Shown piece after piece: positions 17,759-28,100 of a stretch of DNA of 64,000 nt. This DNA is from an uncultured bacterium (GTDB lineage Bacteria > Patescibacteriota > Minisyncoccia > Phycocordibacterales > UBA9973). Numbering within the stretch: the first letter of the stretch is position 1; each line of letters opens with the position of its first letter. Below the pieces are notes generated by a model. The model saw only the letters and a program-made list of their open reading frames with translations, had not been told where the DNA came from and made no database searches. Position numbers and translations under genes: made by a program. Where the stretch lies: assembly GCA_903892035.1 (NCBI GenBank), contig CAITGV010000001.1, positions 355,310 to 419,309 of the forward strand, read 5' to 3'.

Positions 17759-20700
17759 ATGCTATTATCAGAAAATATGGAAGAGAATTCAGACAATAAA
17801 TCACAAATAGCAAAACGCGAAGAAAAGATTTTGGCATATTGGCAAGAGAACAATACTTTCAGAAAAAGTTTGGAAAAAGAGGCGCCAAAAGGGAATTACG
17901 TTTTTTATGATGGACCACCTTTTGCGACAGGTTTACCACACTACGGGCACATACTCGGAAGTACTGCTAAGGACGTGATTGGTCGCTATCAGACGATGCA
18001 GGGTTTTAAGGTGCCAAGAAAATGGGGTTGGGATTGTCACGGCCTGCCGATCGAGCACATTATAGAAAAAGAATTAAAAATTTCTGGACATAAAGAAATT
18101 GAAGAATACGGAATTGAAAAATTTACAGAATATGCGCGAAGTAAAGTTTTGACCTATGTGCATGATTGGAAGAGGACAGTAGACCGCATCGGGCGCTGGG
18201 TGGATTTTGATAATGGTTACAAGACAATGGACAACACTTTCATCGAAAGTGTATGGTGGGCACTTGGAGAGCTTAATAAAAAAAGTTTGGTATATGAAGG
18301 TGTGCGAGTACTTGCTTACTGTCCACGTTGCGAGACACCAATAGCAAATTCGGAAATTGCAATGGACAATAGTTATAAAGACATTACAGATATTTCTGTA
18401 TTTGTGAAGTTTCCTTTGATTGAAGATCCAAATACATATTTGGTAGCCTGGACTACAACGCCTTGGTCACTTCCTGGTGATACTGCTCTTGCTGTAAACA
18501 AAGAAATAAAATATATAAAAATTTTACACGAAGGTGCGTACTATGTTATTGCAAAAGAGCGAGCACCTTTTGTTCCGGTACTCAAGGATATTGCTCTAGT
18601 AGAAGGGGAAAATTATGAAGAAGTAAATGTCGAAGATTTGATTGGTAAATCATACATACCACCTTTTAAGTATTATGAAAATACTGAAATGCCAAATAAA
18701 GAAAATATTTGGAAGATTTGGCATGCGGACTTTGTCACGATAGATGCAGGTACGGGCATTGCGCACGAAGCTCCAGCTTTTGGAGAAGAAGATATGGATC
18801 TAGCAAAAAAGAATAATATTCCATTTATTAATCATGTAACTGTGGATGGAAAATTTGCATCAGAAGTTCTTGATTTTGCTGGTGAAAAAATAAAACCAAA
18901 AGAAGATCACCAAAGTGGTGATGTACTCATAATCAAATATTTGGCAAAAGCTGGAACTCTTTTTGCAAAAGAAAAAATAATTCACTCATACCCGCACTGT
19001 TATCGTTGTGAGACACCACTTTTCTACTATGCTCTTCCATCGTGGTTTGTAAATGTGCAGAAAGTAAAAAATAAAATGCTTGAAAATGCCAAAGAAATGA
19101 ATTGGATTCCAGGGCATTTAAAAGAAGGGCGTTTTCAAAATATTATGGAAAATGCTCCAGATTGGAACATTTCCCGCAATCGCTACTGGGCGAGTCCTTT
19201 GCCTATTTGGAAATCAGAATCAGGTAAGCTTTTATTTGTATCGAGTGTAGAAGATTTGAAAAATAAAACAAAAAAATCTGGAAATAAATATTTTATAATG
19301 CGCCACGGAGAATCAACTCATAATACAGAAGGAATTTGTAGTTCTGTGGTAGATTACCCGCATCATCTTACAGAAGAAGGGAAGAAAATCGTTGGTGAAA
19401 ATGCAGAATTATTAAAAACAAAAAATATTACAACAATATATTGTTCACCTTACGTTCGTACAAAAGAAACCGCTGAAATAGTAGCAAATACAATTGGTTT
19501 TGATAAAACAAAAATAATTTACGATGAAAGAATTGAAGAATTTAAATTTGGGGATTTCAATATGAAGCCCATGAAAGAATATTTGAAATGGAGAGAAAAA
19601 GTGGGTAATACAGTCAATCTCTGTCCTCCAAATGGTGAAAGTGTTGTTGATTCACGTCATCGTTTTTCTAAATTTTATTATGATATTGATGAAAAACTTA
19701 CAAATCAAAATGTTCTTGTTATTTCTCACGGTATAGCACTTGAGGTTATGGAAGGAATTGATAATGGTTATAGTGATGAAATTATGTGGAAAAATTGGAA
19801 AATGAACAGCGTTGCGCCGGGGCATTTTAAAGAATTTAATTTCACACCATTGCCACATAATAAAAATTTTGAACTTGATTTACATAGACCATATATAGAC
19901 AACATTGTTTTGACCGATGGTGCAGAAGAGTATCATCGTGTGCCTGAAGTTATGGACTGTTGGTTTGAGTCAGGCTCAATGCCTTTTGCGCAAGACCACT
20001 ATCCCTTCGACTTCGCTCAGGGTAAACCCTTTGAAGGTGTTGATTGGAAAAAATTAAATTTCCCAGCAGGTTTTGTTGCAGAATACATAGCGCAGACACG
20101 TACATGGTTTTACTATTCACATACACTTTCGACTATGCTTTTTGATCACGCACCATTTAAAAATGTCGTAACGACAGGAACACTGCTCGCTTCCGATGGA
20201 CAGAAAATGTCGAAGTCGAAAGGAAATTATCCTGACCCATGGATTATCTTTAATAAATTTGGAGTTGATCCGCTACGTTTTTATTTGATGTCATCACCTT
20301 TGATGAAAGGCGAGGATACAAATTTTATGGAAAAAAGTGTTCAAGATATTTCAAGTAAAATTATTTCTCGCATGGACAACGTTGTGGCGTTTTATGAATT
20401 GTATAGAGATAATGAATTAGAGAATAAATTGGTAAATTCAAAGAATGTCCTCGATATTTGGATTCTTGCTCGACTCGAGCAGTGTGTGAGTGAAGTGACG
20501 GCTGGAATGGAGGCGTACGATATGGCTCTAGCTTCAAGACCTTTTGAATTATTTATCGAAGATCTTTCGACTTGGTATTTGCGTCGTTCACGTGAACGCA
20601 TAAAAGACGGTGATGCGGGAGCAAAAGCTACACTATATTTTGTATTGAAAACAGTGGCGACAATTATCGCACCGCTGACGCCATTTCTCGCTGAAGATAT

Positions 20701-21223
20701 TTGGCAAAAATTGAAATTGGATAATGACCCAGAAAGTGTTCATCTAACAACTTGGCCACTAGGAAGGACCGTCCTTGCTAGTGATGTGGTTAAAGAAATG
20801 CAAAATACTCGAGATTTAGTTTCGCTTGGACTTCAGGCAAGACAAAAAACTGGAATTCCAGTTCGACAACCTCTACAGAAGTTGAAAGTTAAAAGTATAA
20901 AGTTGAACGAAGATTACATCGAATTAATTAAAGAGGAATTAAACGTAAAAGAAGTTGTAGAAGATATAAAAATAGAAAATACTGTTGAACTCGATACTGA
21001 AATTACTCCAGAACTAAAACGAGAAGGGGACTATCGTGAGCTTGTGCGAGCTGTGCAAGAGCTACGAAAAAATTCTGGACTCACTCCGAGTGACATAATA
21101 GTTCTCACGATGCCTCTAAATACAAAAGAAATTGTCGCAGGTTTTGAAGACGATATGAAAAAAACAGTACTCGCAACTGAAATTCTATTTGAAGGTGAAG
21201 AAATGAAAGTTGTGGTAAAATAG
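17759..21223 (+). CDS. ileS: isoleucyl-tRNA synthetase (type 2) with inserted histidine-phosphatase domain
   Basis: PPFATGLPHYGH (HIGH region), WTTTPWSLP and KMSKSKGN motifs. An RHG histidine-phosphatase-like segment (MRHGESTHN ... VISHGIA) is inserted between WNISRNRYW and DLHRPYID. Confidence 0.85.
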   Translation: MLLSENMEENSDNKSQIAKREEKILAYWQENNTFRKSLEKEAPKGNYVFYDGPPFATGLPHYGHILGSTAKDVIGRYQTMQGFKVPRKWGWDCHGLPIEHIIEKELKISGHKEIEEYGIEKFTEYARSKVLTYVHDWKRTVDRIGRWVDFDNGYKTMDNTFIESVWWALGELNKKSLVYEGVRVLAYCPRCETPIANSEIAMDNSYKDITDISVFVKFPLIEDPNTYLVAWTTTPWSLPGDTALAVNKEIKYIKILHEGAYYVIAKERAPFVPVLKDIALVEGENYEEVNVEDLIGKSYIPPFKYYENTEMPNKENIWKIWHADFVTIDAGTGIAHEAPAFGEEDMDLAKKNNIPFINHVTVDGKFASEVLDFAGEKIKPKEDHQSGDVLIIKYLAKAGTLFAKEKIIHSYPHCYRCETPLFYYALPSWFVNVQKVKNKMLENAKEMNWIPGHLKEGRFQNIMENAPDWNISRNRYWASPLPIWKSESGKLLFVSSVEDLKNKTKKSGNKYFIMRHGESTHNTEGICSSVVDYPHHLTEEGKKIVGENAELLKTKNITTIYCSPYVRTKETAEIVANTIGFDKTKIIYDERIEEFKFGDFNMKPMKEYLKWREKVGNTVNLCPPNGESVVDSRHRFSKFYYDIDEKLTNQNVLVISHGIALEVMEGIDNGYSDEIMWKNWKMNSVAPGHFKEFNFTPLPHNKNFELDLHRPYIDNIVLTDGAEEYHRVPEVMDCWFESGSMPFAQDHYPFDFAQGKPFEGVDWKKLNFPAGFVAEYIAQTRTWFYYSHTLSTMLFDHAPFKNVVTTGTLLASDGQKMSKSKGNYPDPWIIFNKFGVDPLRFYLMSSPLMKGEDTNFMEKSVQDISSKIISRMDNVVAFYELYRDNELENKLVNSKNVLDIWILARLEQCVSEVTAGMEAYDMALASRPFELFIEDLSTWYLRRSRERIKDGDAGAKATLYFVLKTVATIIAPLTPFLAEDIWQKLKLDNDPESVHLTTWPLGRTVLASDVVKEMQNTRDLVSLGLQARQKTGIPVRQPLQKLKVKSIKLNEDYIELIKEELNVKEVVEDIKIENTVELDTEITPELKREGDYRELVRAVQELRKNSGLTPSDIIVLTMPLNTKEIVAGFEDDMKKTVLATEILFEGEEMKVVVK

Positions 21224-21227
21224 ATGG

Positions 21228-21785
21228 ATGAAAAAAGTCTATTTAATTCATGGGTATGGAGGTGAGCCGAATGGCGGATGGCGACCTTGGTTAATGGGTA
21301 AATTAGCAAAAAAAGATATTTGGGCATGTGCACTAGCAATGCCAATGTCAGATGAACCCAAAAAAGATGAATGGATTGCAGAAATGAAACGTGTAATTGG
21401 TAAGCCAAATGAAGATATTTTTTTAGTTGGACATTCGCTTGGTGTTTCTGCAATATTAAATTATTTACAAAGTTTAGATAGTGAAGTTGTTGGCGGTGCT
21501 ATTTTGGTTTCAGGTCCAATTCATGTATTAGGTGATGATAAATATAGAGCAATAGATCATTTCATGAATAAGGATTTTAATTTTGAATATATTAAAAATG
21601 TATGTAAAAATTTTTGTGTTATACACGGAGATAATGATGTCACTGTTCCATTTAGCCATGCCGTAGAATTGTCTAATAATTTAAACTGTCAATTAATTAC
21701 CATTAAAAATGGGGGTCATTTAAATGGTTCTTCTGGTTGGTATGAACTTCCAGAAGCTTATGAAACTATTTTAAAAATGCTGTAA
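21228..21785 (+). CDS. alpha/beta hydrolase (YdeN/RBBP9-like serine hydrolase)
   Basis: GHSLG nucleophile elbow, with a downstream Asp and His. About 185 aa. Confidence 0.55.
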   Translation: MKKVYLIHGYGGEPNGGWRPWLMGKLAKKDIWACALAMPMSDEPKKDEWIAEMKRVIGKPNEDIFLVGHSLGVSAILNYLQSLDSEVVGGAILVSGPIHVLGDDKYRAIDHFMNKDFNFEYIKNVCKNFCVIHGDNDVTVPFSHAVELSNNLNCQLITIKNGGHLNGSSGWYELPEAYETILKML

Positions 21786-21794
21786 TTGCATTTT

Positions 21795-21830
21795 CCCCTC
21801 TCCTTTCAGGAGAGGGGTGGGGGTGAGGTT
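21795..21830. repeat. GC-rich palindromic intergenic element (family copy)
   Basis: CCCCTCTCCtttcaGGAGAGGGG followed by TGGGGGTGAGGTT. Confidence 0.6.
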
Positions 21831-21848
21831 TTGTAGTATAATAGGTAG

Positions 21849-22493
21849 ATGAAAATCACAAAATATGGACATTGTTGTTTTGTTGCAGAGCCGAAAGAAG
21901 GTGTATTTATTATGACTGACCCGGGGGCACCTGATTATTCGGGACTAAAAAATTATCCTGAAAATATTTCTGCTATCTTGATTACACACGAACATGCAGA
22001 TCATTTACACATTGAATCACTTCAGGAAATATTGAAAAATAATCCAAATGCAATTGTTATTACAAACAGTGCAGTAGGGAAGTTGCTCGACGAGGCTTCG
22101 ATTAAATATATAAAAGTTGAGGAAGGAGAAAATTATGAATTGATGGGCGTGCAAATTTCAGGTTTTGGAAATAGACATGCTGAAATTTATGATGAATTTG
22201 GGCAAGTGCAAAATACAGGATTTATGATAGACAAACTTTGCTACCCCGGTGATTCTTTTAATTTCCCAGATAAAGAAGTAGATATTTTGGCTTTACCTGT
22301 CGCAGGACCTTGGATGAAAATAAGAGATGCTATCGATTATGCAAAAAAAATAAAACCACGAATTGTTTTTCCTGTGCATGATGCAATGTTAAAAGATTTT
22401 GCAACATTCTTGTACACAATACCAGCTTATTTTTTAAAGAGTGATGATATTGTATTTAAAAAGTTAGAAATTGGAAAAGAAGAAATTTTGTAA
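21849..22493 (+). CDS. MBL-fold metallo-hydrolase
   Basis: HEHADH motif (HxHxDH) and downstream His and Asp. Confidence 0.7.
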   Translation: MKITKYGHCCFVAEPKEGVFIMTDPGAPDYSGLKNYPENISAILITHEHADHLHIESLQEILKNNPNAIVITNSAVGKLLDEASIKYIKVEEGENYELMGVQISGFGNRHAEIYDEFGQVQNTGFMIDKLCYPGDSFNFPDKEVDILALPVAGPWMKIRDAIDYAKKIKPRIVFPVHDAMLKDFATFLYTIPAYFLKSDDIVFKKLEIGKEEIL

Positions 22494-23080
22494 TGTCACA
22501 TCATATTTACCATACGAATGCCATAATAATTGGAAGTAAACCTCAAGGTGAGGCAAATAAAATTTTAAGTATTTATACCCGAGAGCTTGGACTCGTGAAT
22601 GCTACCGTGCAAGGTATACGATACGAAAAATCAAAATTACGTTTTGCTCTGCAAGATTTTTCTCTTGCACAAGTGGACCTAGTGCGAGGTAGGGAAGTTT
22701 GGCGAGTTACTTCAGCTACTACTCAAAACCTCTTTCCATTTATAAGAAAAGATAGTGAAGCACTTTTAATTTTTGCACGTTTGGCAAAATTAATTGAAAG
22801 ACTTATGCCAGGTGAGACAGCTCATGAGAAAATTTTTGATGATATTTTGCAAGGATTAAGTTTGCTTGATAATGAAATAGTAGAAAAAGAAACGATAGAG
22901 GCAATAGAACTCTACCTCGTATTGCGTATTGTATATGAACTTGGTTATGTTGGTGATAGTGAAATAATCAATGAACATCTTGGTGGTAATTTTGATCCAA
23001 ATAATGCAAGTGTTCTACTTTCAAAAAAACGTTCAATAGTGCTTGCCATAAACACTGCACTAAGTGAAAGTCACTTGTAG
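22493..23080 (+). CDS. recO: DNA repair protein RecO (short form)
   Basis: N-terminal OB-fold pattern as in RecO (IIGSKPQGEANKILSIYTRELGLV...LRFALQDFSL). Assigned by pattern only. Confidence 0.45.
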   Translation: MSHHIYHTNAIIIGSKPQGEANKILSIYTRELGLVNATVQGIRYEKSKLRFALQDFSLAQVDLVRGREVWRVTSATTQNLFPFIRKDSEALLIFARLAKLIERLMPGETAHEKIFDDILQGLSLLDNEIVEKETIEAIELYLVLRIVYELGYVGDSEIINEHLGGNFDPNNASVLLSKKRSIVLAINTALSESHL

Positions 23081-23099
23081 TTATGGTATAATTATTACC

Positions 23100-25019
23100 A
23101 TGTTGGAGGATGGAGATAAATTAAATAAAATCGAAGACTTAAATAGACGTCTATATGCAAAAAACCAAGACGTTATAAAAAAACGTCGCATAGGTGTATT
23201 GCACCAAGTTAGTCACGATGTAAATTCAAATTTTTCAGAACAAAAAATAGAAGAAATGCCAAAAAAACAAAAAATTTTAAATAATACATCAATGTTTAAA
23301 AAGTTTTTTATTTCGTCACTTGTATTTTTTGGTGTAGCAATACTTTTTGCATTGTTAATGTTTTTTAGAGGTGGCAATACAGTTTCAAATCAAAATATTG
23401 AAATAAACATTTTAGGAAATTCATTTACAGCAGGGGGTGAAGACTTGCCACTTCAGGTTGAAATTGTAAATAAAAATTCCGTTGCACTTCAGTACGCAGA
23501 TTTGTTGATTACTTATCCAAAAAATTCTGCAAGTAGCGCAGAGGACGTTGTACGCGTAAGGCAGTCTGTGGGTGATATTCCCGCTGGGGGTTCTGCACAT
23601 CAAGACGCAAAAGTTGTACTTTTTGGCGAGCAAGGTTCTACAAAAACTATCACTGCAACTCTTGAGTATCGTATTTCCGGATCAAATGCAGTCTTTGTTA
23701 CAGACAAGACCTACGATGTAAGTATAAATTCTTCCCCAGTCGCGCTCACTGTCGACTCACCAAGCGAACTTGTAGCAAACCAGCCAATTACATTTAAAAT
23801 TAAAGCAATATTAAATACAACAAGACCTGCAGATAAAATGTTGATGTCTGTGGACTACCCGCCAGGTTTTCAATTTACTTCAGCAGATCCAAAGCCTTCG
23901 TATGGAAATAATGTTTGGACACTAGGTGACCTAGTACAAGGATTAGAAAAGGATGTCACAGTTACAGGCACGATGTATGCTTCTGCAAAAGAGCAAAAAT
24001 CATTTCATGTATATATAGGAACAGAAGACACAAATGATCAAACAAAAATTGGCATTGTGTACAATTCTCTTCTAAATACGATTACAATGAGCGAGCCATT
24101 TCTCGACGCTAGGCTTTTGATAAATGGACAAGATAAAACAGAATTTACTGCTGATAATACTCGCAAAATTTCTGGTGAAATCCGCTGGGCAAACAATTTG
24201 CCGACACGTATTACTGATGCAGAAATTCATTTGAAGTTTTCTGGAAATGCATTTACTGAAAGTGGCCTAGATCCACGCGGAGGTTTTTATAATTCCATGA
24301 CAAAAGAAATTGTTTGGGATAAAAATAGTGTTTCGCAATTTGCTGCACTTGAGCCAGGACAAAGTGGTTCGCTTACATTTTTATTCAATTCTTCTTCACT
24401 TGTAAGTCAAGGGACGACAATCGATTCACCTCAAATAGTTTTATCTGTTTCCGTTAAAGGCAAAGAGCCTACCACTGGCACCGATGTAAAAGAAATTACA
24501 AGTTCTGATCAAAAAGTTGTAAAAATAAATTCTAATTTTCAACTTGCAGCAAAAGGTTTATATTATTCTGGAGCTTTTCAAAATACAGGTTCTATTCCAC
24601 CAAAAGCTGAAAATGAAACTACATATACTATAGTCTGGGATATTACAAATTCTGCGAACTCAGTGACAGACGGCGAAGCACGTGCGACACTTCCACCATA
24701 TGTGACTTGGAAAAATAAAATTTCACCAACCACAGAAGATCTTTCATACAATACATCTACAAATGAAGTTGTATGGAAAATAGGTTCTGTTTCAAAAGGC
24801 GTAGGATTTTCAAGTGCAGGACGGGAAGTTTCTTTTCAAGTAAGCATTACTCCTTCTACGAGCCAAATCGGTTCGATACCAATGCTTGTTTCAAATATTG
24901 CTCTCACTGGAACCGATACTTATACAACTAGTACTATTTCGGATAGTTATCCATCGCTAAATACTAGTCTATTAAATGATCCAAATTTCCCAATTGGGGG
25001 AGACAGGGTTGTGCAGTAG
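23100..25019 (+). CDS. hypothetical membrane-anchored large extracellular protein
   Basis: An N-terminal TM helix (FFISSLVFFGVAILFALLMFF) followed by a long beta-rich region. The start could be 23064 or 23100. Confidence 0.45.
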   Translation: MLEDGDKLNKIEDLNRRLYAKNQDVIKKRRIGVLHQVSHDVNSNFSEQKIEEMPKKQKILNNTSMFKKFFISSLVFFGVAILFALLMFFRGGNTVSNQNIEINILGNSFTAGGEDLPLQVEIVNKNSVALQYADLLITYPKNSASSAEDVVRVRQSVGDIPAGGSAHQDAKVVLFGEQGSTKTITATLEYRISGSNAVFVTDKTYDVSINSSPVALTVDSPSELVANQPITFKIKAILNTTRPADKMLMSVDYPPGFQFTSADPKPSYGNNVWTLGDLVQGLEKDVTVTGTMYASAKEQKSFHVYIGTEDTNDQTKIGIVYNSLLNTITMSEPFLDARLLINGQDKTEFTADNTRKISGEIRWANNLPTRITDAEIHLKFSGNAFTESGLDPRGGFYNSMTKEIVWDKNSVSQFAALEPGQSGSLTFLFNSSSLVSQGTTIDSPQIVLSVSVKGKEPTTGTDVKEITSSDQKVVKINSNFQLAAKGLYYSGAFQNTGSIPPKAENETTYTIVWDITNSANSVTDGEARATLPPYVTWKNKISPTTEDLSYNTSTNEVVWKIGSVSKGVGFSSAGREVSFQVSITPSTSQIGSIPMLVSNIALTGTDTYTTSTISDSYPSLNTSLLNDPNFPIGGDRVVQ

Positions 25020-25051
25020 CGAATTTCTCTATAAGAGTGTAGTATAGAAAT

Positions 25052-26359
25052 ATGGCTCAAAATGAACAAAATAATGATTTAATGGAGAAAATAGTTTCGC
25101 TTTGTAAGCGTCGTGGTTTCATATACCAGGGTTCAGAAATATATGGGGGATTGGCGGGGACTTTTGACTATGCTCATTACGGTTTGGCTTTGAAAAATAA
25201 CATAAAAAATTCTTGGTGGAAAAAGTTTGTTGATAGTAGAAGAGACATGTATGGTATCGATGCTTCGATAATTATGAATAGTAAAGTTTGGGAAGCATCA
25301 GGACACGTTGCAGGATTTTCTGATCCACTTGTGGAATGTACAAAATGCAAACGCCGTTTTCGTGAAGATACACTTAAAGAAAAAGGTAAATGTGATGATT
25401 GTGGTTCACCTGTTGGCATGCCACGACAATTCAATATGATGTTTGCTACGCAAATTGGAGCTATGGAAGACTCTTCGACTACAGTATATTTGCGACCAGA
25501 AACTGCACAAGGAATATTTGTAAATTTCAAAAATACAGTCGATTCTTTTCATCCAAAACTTCCTTTCGGTATAGCACAAATTGGTAAAGCTTTTCGAAAT
25601 GAAATTACTCCACGTGATTTTATTTTTCGTGTACGTGAATTTGAACAAATGGAAATTGAATATTTTGTCAGAGAAAATGATTGGCATAAATATTTTGAAT
25701 ATTTCAAAGATGAAATGCTTGAATGGATGGAATCTGTCGGTATCGATATGAATAAAGTACACGAACTTGAAGTTGAAATAGGGGATTTGGCTCACTATTC
25801 AAAGAGAACTATGGATTTTGAATTTGAATATCCTTTTGGTAAAAAAGAACTTTTTGGCCTTGCATATAGACAAGACTTTGATTTAAAAAATCATGGCCTT
25901 GAATATCAAGATGAGGAAAATGGTGGAAAACTCACACCGCATGTTATTGAGCCAACTTTTGGAGTAGATCGAGCGGTTCTCGCTGTACTTTTGTCTGCGT
26001 ACAATGAAGAAGATCCCGAAAGACCATTTCTAAAACTTAAACCAAACATTGCTCCTGTGATTTGTGCTGTGTCTCCACTTTTGAAAAATAAACCTGAGCT
26101 TGTTGAAAAAGCTGAGATGGTTTTTGGAATGTTAAAAGCAGAGTTTGGACGTGTCGCATACGATGACAATGGAAACATCGGTAAGCGCTACCGTCGCCAA
26201 GACGAAATTGGTACACCATATTGTATAGTTGTAGACTTTGATACTCTAGGAGAGAATCCAGATCTACTCGATACTGTTACAATCCGCGACCGAGACACTG
26301 GCAACCAAGAACGTGTAAAAATTTCAGATTTGATTTCAAAAATTAAGGAACAGATGTAA
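25052..26359 (+). CDS. glyQS: glycyl-tRNA synthetase (dimeric, class II)
   Basis: N-terminal RRGFIYQGSEIYGG...F.DP and class II motifs, typical of GlyRS alpha2. Confidence 0.85.
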   Translation: MAQNEQNNDLMEKIVSLCKRRGFIYQGSEIYGGLAGTFDYAHYGLALKNNIKNSWWKKFVDSRRDMYGIDASIIMNSKVWEASGHVAGFSDPLVECTKCKRRFREDTLKEKGKCDDCGSPVGMPRQFNMMFATQIGAMEDSSTTVYLRPETAQGIFVNFKNTVDSFHPKLPFGIAQIGKAFRNEITPRDFIFRVREFEQMEIEYFVRENDWHKYFEYFKDEMLEWMESVGIDMNKVHELEVEIGDLAHYSKRTMDFEFEYPFGKKELFGLAYRQDFDLKNHGLEYQDEENGGKLTPHVIEPTFGVDRAVLAVLLSAYNEEDPERPFLKLKPNIAPVICAVSPLLKNKPELVEKAEMVFGMLKAEFGRVAYDDNGNIGKRYRRQDEIGTPYCIVVDFDTLGENPDLLDTVTIRDRDTGNQERVKISDLISKIKEQM

Positions 26360-26360
26360 T

Positions 26361-26792
26361 ATGAAAAAAGGAATTGATTATATTGCAGTTGGAGTTTCTT
26401 ATTTTTGTCATGATGGAAATGGTAAGTATTTGATGAACAAAAGAAGTACAAACTGTCGTGATGAGCATGGCAGGTGGGACATTGGTGGAGGGGGTATCGA
26501 TTTTGATGACACCATAGAAGAAACCTTACGCAAAGAACTAAAAGAAGAATACTGCGTGGAGAACATTGAATATGAATTTCTCGGGCATAAAGATGTTTTT
26601 CGAGAACAGGATGGTAGTAAAACACATTGGATACAATTTTTCTTTAGAGTAAAAGTTGACCCAAAAGAAGTGAAAAATGGTGAACCCCATAAGTTTGATG
26701 AAATAGGGTGGTTTAGTTTAGATAATTTACCTACACCCCTCCACTCTCAAATACTGGCTCAAGTTGATTTATTTAAAGACAAACTAAAATAA
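26361..26792 (+). CDS. NUDIX hydrolase
   Basis: Loose Nudix box GGGIDFDDTIEETLRKELKEE. Confidence 0.45.
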   Translation: MKKGIDYIAVGVSYFCHDGNGKYLMNKRSTNCRDEHGRWDIGGGGIDFDDTIEETLRKELKEEYCVENIEYEFLGHKDVFREQDGSKTHWIQFFFRVKVDPKEVKNGEPHKFDEIGWFSLDNLPTPLHSQILAQVDLFKDKLK

Positions 26793-26793
26793 T

Positions 26794-28062
26794 ATGAAAT
26801 ATACAAAAACAATATTAAAAAATGGACTGAGGGTGATTACGGTTCCAATGAAGGATAACCCGACAGTGACAGTACTAGTGCTTGTAGAAACAGGAAGTAA
26901 ATATGAGACAAAAGAAAAAAATGGTATTTCTCACTTTTTGGAACATATGTGTTTCAAAGGTACGACAAAGCGCCCAAGTGCGCAGGCGATATCTAGTGAG
27001 CTTGATGGACTAGGAAGTAGTTACAATGCTTTCACAAGTCAGGAATATACAGGGTACTATGCAAAAAGTAGCGCAAATCATTTCAAGAAAATTTTTGATG
27101 TTGTTTCTGATGTATATTTAAATTCAACATTTCCTGCAACTGAAATAGAAAAAGAAAAAGGCGTGATAGTGGAAGAAATAAATATGTATGAAGATATGCC
27201 ACACCGTCACGTGCATGATTTATTTACTTCACTACTTTATGGTGATACTCCAGCAGGGTGGAATATTGCAGGAACAAGGGAAAATGTAAGAGCAATGACT
27301 CGGGAAGATTTTGTGTCGTATCACACAAATAATTATGTACCAAAAGCTACAACTGTAATCATTGCAGGGAAGGTGAGTGAAAAAGAAGCTTTAGCTGAAG
27401 CTAAAAAAGTTTTTGATAAATTACCAAATAAAAAGAAAAATAAAAAAATTAAAACAGTAGAAAAACAAAACAAACCTGAGGTTCTTGTAAGTTATAAAAA
27501 AACTGATCAGACACATTTGGTATTAGGTTTTCGCACTACAGATTTATATGATAAAAGAAATTCTGCTCTCACAGTACTGTCGACAATACTTGCTGGTGGA
27601 ATGAGCTCAAGACTTTTCATTAAATTACGTGAAGATCTCGGTGTTGCGTATTATGTGCGTGCTTCAAACGATACTTCTACGGATTCTGGTTTTCTTTCAA
27701 TTTCTGCCGGTGTATCAAATGACAGGGTAGAAGAAGTAATCAAAGAAATTTTGCTTGAGTGTAAACGTTTGACTACAGAACTTGTGGGGAAAAATGAATT
27801 GGAAAAAGTTAAAGAATATCTAATAGGAAATATGAAACTTGAACTCGAGTCTTCAGATGCTTGGGCAAGCTATTTCGGAGGGCAAGATATAGTACATAAA
27901 AAAATCCAAAAACCTGAGGAAATTGAAGCTAAAATAAGAAAAGTTACAGCAAAGGAAGTACAAAAAATTGCTAAGAGTTTCTTTGTAAATCAAGGATTAA
28001 ATCTCTGCCTTATAGGACCATTTGAGAAAAAAGAGAATTTCATAAAAATTTTAAAAGTGTAA
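26794..28062 (+). CDS. M16 family (pitrilysin-like) zinc peptidase
   Basis: HxxEH inverted zinc motif (HFLEH) near the N-terminus. About 420 aa. Confidence 0.75.
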   Translation: MKYTKTILKNGLRVITVPMKDNPTVTVLVLVETGSKYETKEKNGISHFLEHMCFKGTTKRPSAQAISSELDGLGSSYNAFTSQEYTGYYAKSSANHFKKIFDVVSDVYLNSTFPATEIEKEKGVIVEEINMYEDMPHRHVHDLFTSLLYGDTPAGWNIAGTRENVRAMTREDFVSYHTNNYVPKATTVIIAGKVSEKEALAEAKKVFDKLPNKKKNKKIKTVEKQNKPEVLVSYKKTDQTHLVLGFRTTDLYDKRNSALTVLSTILAGGMSSRLFIKLREDLGVAYYVRASNDTSTDSGFLSISAGVSNDRVEEVIKEILLECKRLTTELVGKNELEKVKEYLIGNMKLELESSDAWASYFGGQDIVHKKIQKPEEIEAKIRKVTAKEVQKIAKSFFVNQGLNLCLIGPFEKKENFIKILKV

Positions 28063-28100
28063 TTTTGTGCAACTGGGCATAAAAGTGTTATTATTGGCAT

